Assembly: GCA_003635255.1 (NCBI GenBank)
Contig: PYJC01000133.1
Location: 6,686-70,685, forward strand
From: Candidatus Poribacteria bacterium
GTDB taxonomy: Bacteria; Poribacteria; WGA-4E; WGA-3G
DNA: 64,000 bases
Reading direction: 5' to 3'
The translations under genes were made by a program, and so were the position numbers. The notes below the pieces were generated by a model that did no database searches, had not been told where the DNA came from, and was given only the letters and a program-made list of their open reading frames with translations. Shown piece by piece: positions 47,267 through 56,030 of the stretch (position 1 is its first letter; the number at the start of each line of letters is the position of its first letter).

Positions 47267-48034
47267 ATGCTCCGAAAAAATTTAGACTTCATCTTCGACG
47301 CATTTTTACTCCTGACCGTCCTCAGCATCGCGTTTTGGAACACCTACGCCAGAGCACGATTGAATCCGGGCGAACGCGCCCAACCCGCGAATTCAGGATT
47401 CTATTACCGAACCCCCGGTGTAAACGGAAAATGGTTCGGACCCGAACTCAATTCGCTCACGCTTTGCAAGGGTGTCCATAATCCATACAACAACAGGGGA
47501 CAGTTTGACATCGTAGAAACCCTTGAAAGTGCAGCGGTCTCCCGCTCAAGCATCCGAGGCGCGCTCCACTGGTATCGCGGACAGCAGTGGCGTTTTGCCA
47601 CAGACGATACGCCGTGGGGCACAAACTTTTCCTATATCACACTCCGCGACGATTTAGGATGGAGCGAGATTAGTGTCGGTGGCGGCACAACCGGCTACCC
47701 ATGGAGTGGCGTTGAACGGCACTGGCGCGACGGTGAGATTATCCGAGCACAGGCTTTCGTCATCGGATGGCGGCGGTACGCGCGCGGCGCAGAGCGGTGG
47801 GTCTGTCCCATGTATTACAAAATTGGCGGATGGGAAGGTGAATCCCTTGAAGTCAACTGCAAAACCCTAAGAACTTGGTTCCCATCGGATTGGGATGTCT
47901 TGAAACAGAACAACGGAGACTTCGGTCCACCCATCGAACGCAAACCCGGTGTTCTGAGCCGATGGGGAAAGAAAACACAACGCTGGTACGACTGCATAAA
48001 GATTAGTGGGTCTGAGCGGACCCAAACCCGGTAG
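47267..48034 (+). CDS. secreted/membrane-anchored hypothetical protein (module gene A2)
   Basis: It has an N-terminal hydrophobic segment and is a paralogue of 45715-46467. Confidence 0.6.
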   Translation: MLRKNLDFIFDAFLLLTVLSIAFWNTYARARLNPGERAQPANSGFYYRTPGVNGKWFGPELNSLTLCKGVHNPYNNRGQFDIVETLESAAVSRSSIRGALHWYRGQQWRFATDDTPWGTNFSYITLRDDLGWSEISVGGGTTGYPWSGVERHWRDGEIIRAQAFVIGWRRYARGAERWVCPMYYKIGGWEGESLEVNCKTLRTWFPSDWDVLKQNNGDFGPPIERKPGVLSRWGKKTQRWYDCIKISGSERTQTR

Positions 48035-48082
48035 ACGCGATACCGAAGCAACATTTTTTGCCGCTCGCGATGCCAACTTACT

Positions 48083-48784
48083 ATGCCATACAAAAATCTA
48101 AGCATCTTCATACTTTTTTATACCCTCATTAGCTGCACCCTCTCCGCATCCGCCGAGACGTGGCACGACGATTTTGATGCCGAAAACCCAGACGCATGGG
48201 ATGCCGTCGGAAAGAATTTCATCTGGAAAGTAGATGATGGATTTCTACGCGTAGAGGTGAAACGTGAATGGGAGATAGACTACGAACTCTACCAATTCAC
48301 CGCAGTCCCGGGACCTTATAGGAACTTCATAATCAAGATAAACGATTTCGGCGGCGATAAAACGCGCTTCGGTTTTTGTGTCGGACAGCATTTCTCCGAT
48401 ACCCCCGGAGAGGATCCATTCTTTTATATCTTTTTTCCCGATGAAATCAGAGCAAGGCGTTTTGACGGTAAAGGGAACAGCCACCCCTTCCGCTTTCGGC
48501 TCTCCAGAGAGCCGCGCATCCGTTGGGAAACAGATACCTTGACACAGATGGAATTGCACTTTAATTTAGGATACTTCGTGCTATTCGCAGACGGTAAATT
48601 CCGCACTGCGTTCCAAGATGCCAACTTCGACAAAATTGAGATCCTCGGCTTTGTCATGGAAGGCATTAACATCGCAAACGAGTGGGTCGGTAAGGCATGG
48701 GCAGACTCCTTCACCATCTCAGGGCTCGACATCACACCAGAAGCCAAATTAACCGCAATGTGGAGCCAACTCAAGATTAGATGA
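48083..48784 (+). CDS. secreted DUF1080/LamG-like lectin-fold protein with KLTAMWSQLK tail (module gene B2)
   Basis: It has a signal peptide and is a paralogue of 46480-47175. Confidence 0.6.
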   Translation: MPYKNLSIFILFYTLISCTLSASAETWHDDFDAENPDAWDAVGKNFIWKVDDGFLRVEVKREWEIDYELYQFTAVPGPYRNFIIKINDFGGDKTRFGFCVGQHFSDTPGEDPFFYIFFPDEIRARRFDGKGNSHPFRFRLSREPRIRWETDTLTQMELHFNLGYFVLFADGKFRTAFQDANFDKIEILGFVMEGINIANEWVGKAWADSFTISGLDITPEAKLTAMWSQLKIR

Positions 48785-48963
48785 ATAAAGCAGCACGATT
48801 TATAGTAAACCTTAGAATTATGTGGGCACCTATCCTTTAACAAATACTCGTTCGTAGTAGGGCAATTCATTGCCCGTTGTACCTAAGGAGTACTCTGATA
48901 TTTTCAGGTTTCACTATAAGTGACTGACGATAAGGCTTAGGTCATATTATTCAACACTGAAGA

Positions 48964-50124
48964 TCATTCAAAGACCTGAAATGCGCCGTCCTTAACGACC
49001 AGCACAATCTGCTCATACAATGCGTCTCCGTCAGCATTAAAAGAGAAGTTGCCTAAAATCGTGGGTAAATCCTTCGTCTGTGCGAGTGCATCCCGAATAG
49101 CGGTTGAATCTGTCGATTGTGCTACCTTAATTGCATTGGCAAGCACATGGAGCGTCACATACGATTGTGCCGCCCACGGCTCAGGTTCAATACCGTATTT
49201 CGCTCGATAATTCTCAATAAAGGCCTGGTTTCCGGGGGCATCAGATATATTCGACCATCCGATAAAACCTATTGCCCCTTCAGCACCATCACCCGCCTTT
49301 TGGACTTCATCCATGGTTAAATCAGGCGCAATCACGTGAAGAGTATCGGGAAAACCTACCTCGGCTGTTTGGGCAACAATCCGCGCTATTTCTTGCGCGA
49401 GTGCGGAGATAAAGAGGGCATCCGGCTCCACCGCCATTATATTGGTTAATTGCTGAGAAAAATCGGTATCACCGGTTTCAAAGGTTTCCTCGGTTAAAAT
49501 CTCAACCCCGTTCGCCTCAAGTACCGTCCTTAACACCTCGTTGCTACTTCTGGCGTAGACATCGATCTCATCATAAATCGTCGCGACTTTTTGATAACCG
49601 ATTTTCTGCTGAGTCACTATCACCCCACTCGGAATGCTTATATTTGTGGCGAGACTGGTGCGAAAGATAAAATTTCCGATCCCGCTCAAACCTGCAGCGG
49701 AGGAGACCGAACTGAAAGCGATGACCCGATTTTCCTGCGCAATTGGCGCAGCCTCTTTAAGGTGCGTCGAGATCGCAAGTCCGACGATAGCAGGTACACC
49801 TTGATCAACCAGATGTTGTACCGCCTCCTTCGCGCCCTCTGGGGTGCTACGATCATCCACAGTGATAAACCTAAGATTCACATCACCGAGGCTGTTAATC
49901 TCTTCGCGTGCCAATTCAAAACCGCGTTGCATTGGAAACCCATACGGTTCAGCGTATTTCCCTGTCAGTGCCACAACAACGCCGATAGGAATATTTTCGT
50001 CCATCATCGGAGGCATTTCGCCATTAGATACCACCGAGACGACTCTCCCACAACTGAAAAGTCCAACAGTGAAAACAATCATTATTAAAGCAAATACAAA
50101 TATTATGACGCTTTTTATTTTCAT
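48964..50124 (-). CDS. ABC transporter substrate-binding protein, LivJ/branched-chain amino-acid type (Peripla_BP_6-like)
   Basis: It has a signal/lipobox region (LFSCG), IPIGVVVALTGKYAEPYG and ~385 aa. Confidence 0.7.
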   Translation of the reverse strand: MKIKSVIIFVFALIMIVFTVGLFSCGRVVSVVSNGEMPPMMDENIPIGVVVALTGKYAEPYGFPMQRGFELAREEINSLGDVNLRFITVDDRSTPEGAKEAVQHLVDQGVPAIVGLAISTHLKEAAPIAQENRVIAFSSVSSAAGLSGIGNFIFRTSLATNISIPSGVIVTQQKIGYQKVATIYDEIDVYARSSNEVLRTVLEANGVEILTEETFETGDTDFSQQLTNIMAVEPDALFISALAQEIARIVAQTAEVGFPDTLHVIAPDLTMDEVQKAGDGAEGAIGFIGWSNISDAPGNQAFIENYRAKYGIEPEPWAAQSYVTLHVLANAIKVAQSTDSTAIRDALAQTKDLPTILGNFSFNADGDALYEQIVLVVKDGAFQVFE

Positions 50125-50224
50125 GCTTAATTTCTTCTTCCTTTTTTCACTAAATCTGGTGACGGTTTTTGGTAAAATATCCCAAGTTACCGCCTAATAG
50201 GTTTTGGGTGTTTAAACACAGATC

Positions 50225-50394
50225 TTTTAATGAAAAACGTGAGTTTGATAAATACTTAGGATTTCCGCATTTTCTTTTAAAGTCCCCCTGATAAGGGGGA
50301 TTTAGGGGGTTAAATTGCTGAAATCTGCCCTTTTTCGCACGATTTGTGTCCGTCCTGACTCCTAATACTTTTTCAAGCTCACGTTAATGAAAAG
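50225..50394. repeat. MITE-like unit: imperfect ~26-bp inverted repeats flanking copy 2 of the GGGGGATTTAGGGGGT repeat
   Basis: The left arm is ...aacgtgagtttgataaatacttagga (to 50261). The reverse complement of the right arm is aacgtgagcttgaaaaagtattagga (50360-50394). The core 50279-50310 is aaagtccccctgataagggggatttagggggt. Confidence 0.55.
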
Positions 50395-50731
50395 CGTCTC
50401 TTCACACCCTGTAGGGGTGGTATATCTATAGAAAATCGTGTCTCAAGCCCCCGCACTCCAGCGGAGTGCTATGTGAATGAAAAGTGGCAACTTGGGTTAA
50501 AACAGTGATACAATAGAGGTCCCTCATAGCACTTCTGTTCCATCCACGCTTAGTTATAGAGTATCACATAAGTCCGAAAAAATGTCAAAAAATCATGACA
50601 ATTTTCTTCTTGACCAACGAAGATAAACGTAGTATCCTTAGTAAAAATCAATACCTGCTTCACACCACAACGCACAATAAATATACCACAAAATCACACT
50701 TGGCTCCACTTTTCGGGACGCATTTACGTTT

Positions 50732-51631
50732 ATGCTTGAAAAAGAATTTAGGAACGAAGACCCATCAGGCAAGATTATTGCCTTTATGTTGCTCATTGTT
50801 TCTCTCATAGGTGGCGGGGCATTCGCCGTTAAACTCGGCCTGCAAGGCTTCCCACCGCTAAAAATGGCACTCTTTCGCTGTATATTAGGCGTTATTTTCG
50901 TTGGCGGCGCAGGATTTTACTATGGGATGTCAATGCGGATGCGCTTCGAGGAGTTCCGTCGGTTGCTCCTGATCGCTGTCCTTTACACCTTGCATACGAT
51001 CACGCTGAACGTCGGCACCCAACATACAACAGCCGCGCGTTCAACCATTTTTTTTAGCCTATACCCGCTTTTTACAGTCCTGTTTGGACATTTCTGGCTG
51101 CCAAATGATCGGCTCACTAAAACGAAAACATTCGGTATTCTCACCGCGTTCGGTGGCGTGTTTCTCGCAATTATGCCAAATCTGCAAGGTCGGAACGTCA
51201 CAGGATACCTCATCGGCGATCTCATCGTAATTCTCAGCGCATGTTTCTTAGGACTCCGCATTACATTGACAAAAGTATTCGTTCAAGACATTTACCCGTA
51301 CCGTTTGCTCCTCTGGTTGTTGGGTTTAAACATTCCCTGCTTTTACGTGCTCAGTTCCATTTTTGAGAGCGAGCAATCCGTTGAATGGACGCTGGCAAGC
51401 AGTGCTGGGCTCATCTATCAGGGATGGGTTATCACAGGTTTCTGCTTTTTAGGGTTGACATGGACGCTAAGAAAATACAAAGCGAGTAAATTGGTCGTTT
51501 TTTCTTTCCTGATGCCGCTGTCCGGCGTTCTGTTTAGCCATCTATTTTTAGGTGATGAACTGACCCTCGACTTGGTGGCAGGCACCGGATTGGTGGCAAT
51601 CGGAATCTATCTTGTAAATAGGCAGCGTTAA
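50732..51631 (+). CDS. DMT-superfamily (EamA-like) transporter
   Basis: It has 10 predicted TM segments in two EamA-like halves. Confidence 0.75.
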   Translation: MLEKEFRNEDPSGKIIAFMLLIVSLIGGGAFAVKLGLQGFPPLKMALFRCILGVIFVGGAGFYYGMSMRMRFEEFRRLLLIAVLYTLHTITLNVGTQHTTAARSTIFFSLYPLFTVLFGHFWLPNDRLTKTKTFGILTAFGGVFLAIMPNLQGRNVTGYLIGDLIVILSACFLGLRITLTKVFVQDIYPYRLLLWLLGLNIPCFYVLSSIFESEQSVEWTLASSAGLIYQGWVITGFCFLGLTWTLRKYKASKLVVFSFLMPLSGVLFSHLFLGDELTLDLVAGTGLVAIGIYLVNRQR

Positions 51632-51673
51632 TCTGCCCACGAACGAATGAACACGAAAGGAGTTGTACATAAA

Positions 51674-52516
51674 ATGACTCAAAAAGGAATCCTGTACGTC
51701 CTAATCCTTACCATTTTGTCGGTCTGTGGCACACAACACATCCCCTCTGCCGATGATATCCCTGACGGTATGGTACTCATCCCCGCAGGCGAATTTGAAA
51801 TGGGGAGTCGCACTGGCAAAAACAATGAACGTCCAGTGCACACCGTTTATCTTGATGCCTTCTATATGGACATCTACGAGGTAACGAACGCACAATATAA
51901 AATTTTCGTCGATGCAAATCCGCAGTGGCAAAAAGATAACATTCCCGAGGAATATCACGACGGTGTATACCTCAGACTCTGGGATGGGAACACCTATCCC
52001 GAAGGCAAAGCTGACCATCCTGTCGTTTATGTGAGTTGGTACGCAGTGATGGCTTACGCAGAATGGGCAGGCAAACGGTTACCAACAGAGGCAGAGTGGG
52101 AAAAAGCAGCGCGCGGCGGACTTATCGGGAAAGCGTATCCATGGGGCGATACCATTGATGCAACCCGCGCAAACTTCACACGGCATTTCAACGCGCCAAT
52201 CGCTGTCGGGCAGTACCCACTCAATGGTTACGGTTTATGCGATATGGCTGGGAATATCTCCGAGTGGTGTCTCGATGAATACGATCCTGATTTCTATGCA
52301 ACTTCCGCACGTAAAAACCCATTTTCAAAAGGAAAACGTCAAGCGACTATCAATGATTTCAAAAAAGTGCAGCAGAAAGAACGCGTGTTACGTGGCGGCT
52401 GCTGGAGCGATAACGGATTGTTCCTGCAGGTCTCGTACCGTGACTGGGGACCGCAGAATTACACCAGCGTCTTCCGCGGGTTCCGCTGTGTGAAAGACGT
52501 ATTAAAGTCCCCCTGA
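51674..52516 (+). CDS. formylglycine-generating-enzyme family (SUMF1/FGE-sulfatase domain) protein
   Basis: MVLIPAGEFEMGS, RPVHTVYLDAFYMDIYEVTN, HPVVYVSWYAVMAYAEWAGKRLPTEAEWEKAARGG, GNISEWC, RVLRGGCW. The start at 51674 is preferred (AAGGAG upstream). Confidence 0.8.
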   Translation: MTQKGILYVLILTILSVCGTQHIPSADDIPDGMVLIPAGEFEMGSRTGKNNERPVHTVYLDAFYMDIYEVTNAQYKIFVDANPQWQKDNIPEEYHDGVYLRLWDGNTYPEGKADHPVVYVSWYAVMAYAEWAGKRLPTEAEWEKAARGGLIGKAYPWGDTIDATRANFTRHFNAPIAVGQYPLNGYGLCDMAGNISEWCLDEYDPDFYATSARKNPFSKGKRQATINDFKKVQQKERVLRGGCWSDNGLFLQVSYRDWGPQNYTSVFRGFRCVKDVLKSP

Positions 52517-52535
52517 TAAGGGGGATTTAGGGGGT
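52504..52535. repeat. AAAGTCCCCCTGATAAGGGGGATTTAGGGGGT repeat, copy 3, overlapping the stop codon of the FGE-family gene
   Basis: The gene's last codons ...AAG TCC CCC TGA lie inside the repeat. Confidence 0.85.
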
Positions 52536-52627
52536 GTTTTTGCTGGGGTATTTCTTAAAAACACTGAAATAATGATTTTGGGGTAAATGTGTCCCCTTTC
52601 TACTCAATTTGCGTAAGTCCCGTTAGG

Positions 52628-53449
52628 TTAATCGCCCAAATTCTGCGCGATAAGCGTCAAATCCAGAATATCAACAGTCCCGTCCGCATTCACATCCGCC
52701 GCCGTATCCACATCCCCAAGACGAGCAGCGACAAAGACAAGGTCTAATATATTGACAACACCGTCACCCGTTACATCATAAGCAGACGCATCTGGAACCA
52801 AGTTGGAGCGTATCAAATTAAAAACAATATCCTGACTGGTCTCAACTTTAACAATCCCAACATTCGGTGCCAACCATTGGTAAGAGGTAGAACGGCCTAT
52901 TGACGACGTAGAGACAGTCCTTGAATTCAGTTGAATTTTAAGGCAGTTCTCAAATGTCCCCGCGGGTGTTACCACATCTTCTACCGCAACGACTTCGTAG
53001 ACACTGGAGACTGAAACTCGACCTGTGAGTACAACTTCTGTTTCCAAAGTAAACCCCCATGAATCCCCAAGTGCGAATGATGCTGGGAAAAACAGAGCGG
53101 GTGGTGATAATACAGCAGTGGCTGTACCGAATATTGAACCGAGTTCCGCAACAACTTTATGCAGTTTCACGCCGTCATCGTCAAAATGCACAAAGTACGT
53201 TTCACCCGTAGTTTCGTCTGTGCCCACCGTCTCTGCTGTTCTTTTGAAGCGTGCGATCTCTCTACCGTCAATACGTTCTTCGGCAGCTTCAATCGTATAG
53301 GTAACCCGTTCAGTCCCATCCGCAGTCTCCAACACCCAGATATTACCCAAATCCGTCGGATAGTACTCCACAGTCTCCGCCACCACAACAGACAGATAGC
53401 ACAATAAAAGCACCAACACCAATACAACACGACCCCTTTTTACAACCAC
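52628..53449 (-). CDS. secreted protein with C-terminal type-I dockerin-like module
   Basis: It has a signal peptide and a C-terminal DVTGDGVVNILDL...DVNADGTVDILDL (52631-52780). Confidence 0.7.
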   Translation of the reverse strand: MVVKRGRVVLVLVLLLCYLSVVVAETVEYYPTDLGNIWVLETADGTERVTYTIEAAEERIDGREIARFKRTAETVGTDETTGETYFVHFDDDGVKLHKVVAELGSIFGTATAVLSPPALFFPASFALGDSWGFTLETEVVLTGRVSVSSVYEVVAVEDVVTPAGTFENCLKIQLNSRTVSTSSIGRSTSYQWLAPNVGIVKVETSQDIVFNLIRSNLVPDASAYDVTGDGVVNILDLVFVAARLGDVDTAADVNADGTVDILDLTLIAQNLGD

Positions 53450-53577
53450 TAAATCTCTCCTCCTATCTTCTAATCGAGTTCACATTAGCATAGCATACCG
53501 AACATGCAAAGTCAAGCAAACGCAAAATTCAGGGTAGAGCCATTCAGTGTGCCTATTTTTCGGTCAGATTTTCATCC

Positions 53578-54070
53578 CAGGCCCGGTAGGTGCGGTTTGC
53601 TACCGCACCATAGGTGTCAATTTAAGAAAAATAACCGCCTCGGCCCCAGGACCGGTAGGTTCGGTTTCCCAACCGAACCGGATTTTTACAGAAGACCTTG
53701 AATGTTTCAGAAACCTCTTGAGTTCCGTAGGAACGGCATCTTTGTAGAAACACGACACGTCCGAGGAACAGCCCCGTAGGGGCGGCATCTATAGGGACAT
53801 CACTCTGAAATGGCGAGGAATATCCCTAAATTGACCCTATGGTGCGGTTTGCTACCGCACCCATAAGGGTCAATTTAAGAAAAAGTAACCGTTGTGGCTC
53901 CCAGGCCGGTAGGTTCGGTTTCCCAACCGAACCGGATTCTACGCGAAAACCTTGAAGACCTCACAACCCTCTTTAGTCCCGTAGGGTTTATTTGCTTGGG
54001 TGTTTCTTCAGCATGTTTATATCCACAGTTGCTAAAACGCTGCCAAAAATCGCTAAATTGACACCTATGG
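53578..54070. repeat. cluster of composite multi-hairpin repeat elements (one partial copy plus copies B and C)
   Basis: The partial copy is at 53578-53627, copy B at 53647-53877 and copy C at 53900-54070. GGTAGGT(T/G)CGGTTT-hairpins are at 53578, 53647 and 53900, and a ~50-nt near-perfect palindrome is at 53827-53877. Confidence 0.8.
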
Positions 54071-55111
54071 CATTGAATGGCTCTGAAAAATTAGACATTA
54101 TAACGATTTAAGAATATATTGTGTCAATTAACGCTTAGGATATATTTCACGTTGTTTTGTTGTCTTTTAGCGGGATCATTTGCGAGTTGTCCTCATTTTT
54201 ACCATTTTGAGCAAAAATGTGTTTATCGGATGACCAAAAATATGAATAAGGATACATAATTCATCCATTATTATGTCTAATGTCTATTTTATGCAACCTT
54301 TCGTCCTAACATACGCGTTATAATAATATGAAGCCCCTATTTTTGTTTCACACTACATGAAAAACAATTTATTGGGGATTAGCCGCATTGTAAAAAGGCA
54401 CTTTCTCTGCTTGTGGAGAAGGGGATTATCAGAGACGGACGCGTACTTTGAAGCAGTTGTAATAATTATCTGAACCGGGATTTATAGGATTTAGGGATTT
54501 TCAGGAGTGTAGCCGTCATGACAGCCACATATTTTCGGATTTTCCGATAAAATTCACTTTTTTTTCATAATTTATGACATTTTTTTCATTTTATGCACGA
54601 AAAGGGGTTAAAAAAATTGTCTTTAATATAGTGTTCGGTTAGTGTTCGGTGAAAATTTAGATTTAACTCAACTTGCTACCTAAAAGACCATAGTTGTTCA
54701 AATCCAACTTTTCCTCGAATATCATGCGGATTACCTGAAGTGCCAACGGATAACTCCTTTCTAATGAGATTGTATTGTAGCACAATCTTCCTTTAGGGTG
54801 TGGTCTAAAAAACCGATGGCAGTACACTTGTTGTATGGTATTGGCAGACATTGCTTACCCCCTAAAAAAGAACAACTACCTCTCCCCAAAGATGTTGAAT
54901 TTACTAACCCCAGTCTTTTATCACTCAGCTACGATAGGTAGTAGGTAGAAGCGAAATGGGCTGATTTGTGGCTGTGCCGCCCGAACGGGTTAACGAATAA
55001 ATTTGCATTTTTAAATCAAATATGTTATCGTATCCTTTCATTTGATTAGACGAAATTCCTTACCATCCCCGCAATTCACCTTATTCAGTAAAAACATAAA
55101 AAACACTAACC

Positions 55112-55825
55112 ATGTCCAAACGCACAATCCTCACACTCATCATCATCCCCGCACTGCTAATTGCTGGACTTATCCTCGTGCTTATCAACAACCCACCCGG
55201 AACCACCGCCGAACTTCTGCTGGAACGACAACACATCGACTTTGGAACCCTCCCAGAATGGGAAGGATCCGTAAAACAATCCATAACAGCACGAAATGGA
55301 GGCAAAGACACACTCCGTATCCAAAGCGTTCACACAGGCTGTAGTTACGCGAAAATCACAGCACCCGATGTAATCCAACCAGAGACAGAAGGAACATTTC
55401 ACATAACCATTAACCCAGAAATCCTGCCTACTGACGAGACCTCGGCAACCGCGATCATTTACACCGATAGCCGCAAAACCCCAAGTGTCGCTTTGACGAT
55501 CCTCGCCACCGCCAAACGGTTTGCGAATCTCAATCCTGATGTCTGCGAGTTCGGAAACATCCATCCCGAAACGACGCATCAAAAGCGTATCAAACTCACC
55601 GTGAACGCACCGCTCAACACCTCGGAGATCCGTCTCTTACCCGCAAACCATCCGAAACTGACATGGCAGATGACACCTGACCCAGACGCAGATACATCAC
55701 TGCTTATTACAGTTCAACTCGGTCCGCTGAAAAAGAGAGGGCACTTCGCATCATTACTCACTGTGGCGTTTCCTAACCAACGAACGTTGACACTCCCGGT
55801 CCACGGATTCATTAAAAAAAACTAA
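55112..55825 (+). CDS. DUF1573-like membrane-anchored protein (two Ig-like modules)
   Basis: It has an N-terminal TM segment, and IDFGTLPEWEGSVKQSITARNGGKDTLRIQSVHTGCSY resembles the DUF1573 signature. Confidence 0.55.
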   Translation: MSKRTILTLIIIPALLIAGLILVLINNPPGTTAELLLERQHIDFGTLPEWEGSVKQSITARNGGKDTLRIQSVHTGCSYAKITAPDVIQPETEGTFHITINPEILPTDETSATAIIYTDSRKTPSVALTILATAKRFANLNPDVCEFGNIHPETTHQKRIKLTVNAPLNTSEIRLLPANHPKLTWQMTPDPDADTSLLITVQLGPLKKRGHFASLLTVAFPNQRTLTLPVHGFIKKN

Positions 55826-55898
55826 ACAATCTACGCCGTGTCGTCGCAACTTCTGATCTTGTAGGATTCTCACCGCGAAGCACTTCGAGTCGCGACGC

Positions 55899-55945
55899 CT
55901 ACTGACGGCTGACGGCTGATTGCTGACGGCTGACGGCTGATAGCC
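55899..55945 (+). repeat. heptad repeat array CTGACGG|CTGACGG|CTGATTG|CTGACGG|CTGACGG|CTGATAG
   Basis: Read directly. Six in-phase heptamers. Confidence 0.85.
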
Positions 55946-55962
55946 ATCAACCAAATAAACGC

Positions 55963-55992
55963 TTGACAAAATACAGCAAATTGTAGTATCAT
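55963..55992 (+). promoter_or_regulatory. sigma70-type promoter (TTGACA-18 nt-TATCAT)
   Basis: TTGACA at 55963-55968 and TATCAT at 55987-55992, ~40 nt before the ATG at 56031. Confidence 0.45.
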
Positions 55993-56030
55993 TAATACAC
56001 AAGCATTCGGAAAAATCAGAAGAACCCTTC

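Noticed and set aside
53504-53990. Possible CRISPR-like array, because similar ~35-110-nt units recur within 500 nt.
   Set aside because: The units are irregular in length and spacing and are themselves hairpins or palindromes of several different kinds. The same modules occur singly at 45.4, 57.2 and 36.1 kb. There are no uniform spacers and no cas genes.
54663-54851. A 62-aa minus-strand ORF, the only ORF in the AT-rich gap.
   Set aside because: It has no RBS and no hydrophobic or motif features, and its composition is typical of random AT-rich ORFs. It is kept only as part of the gene-free-region finding.
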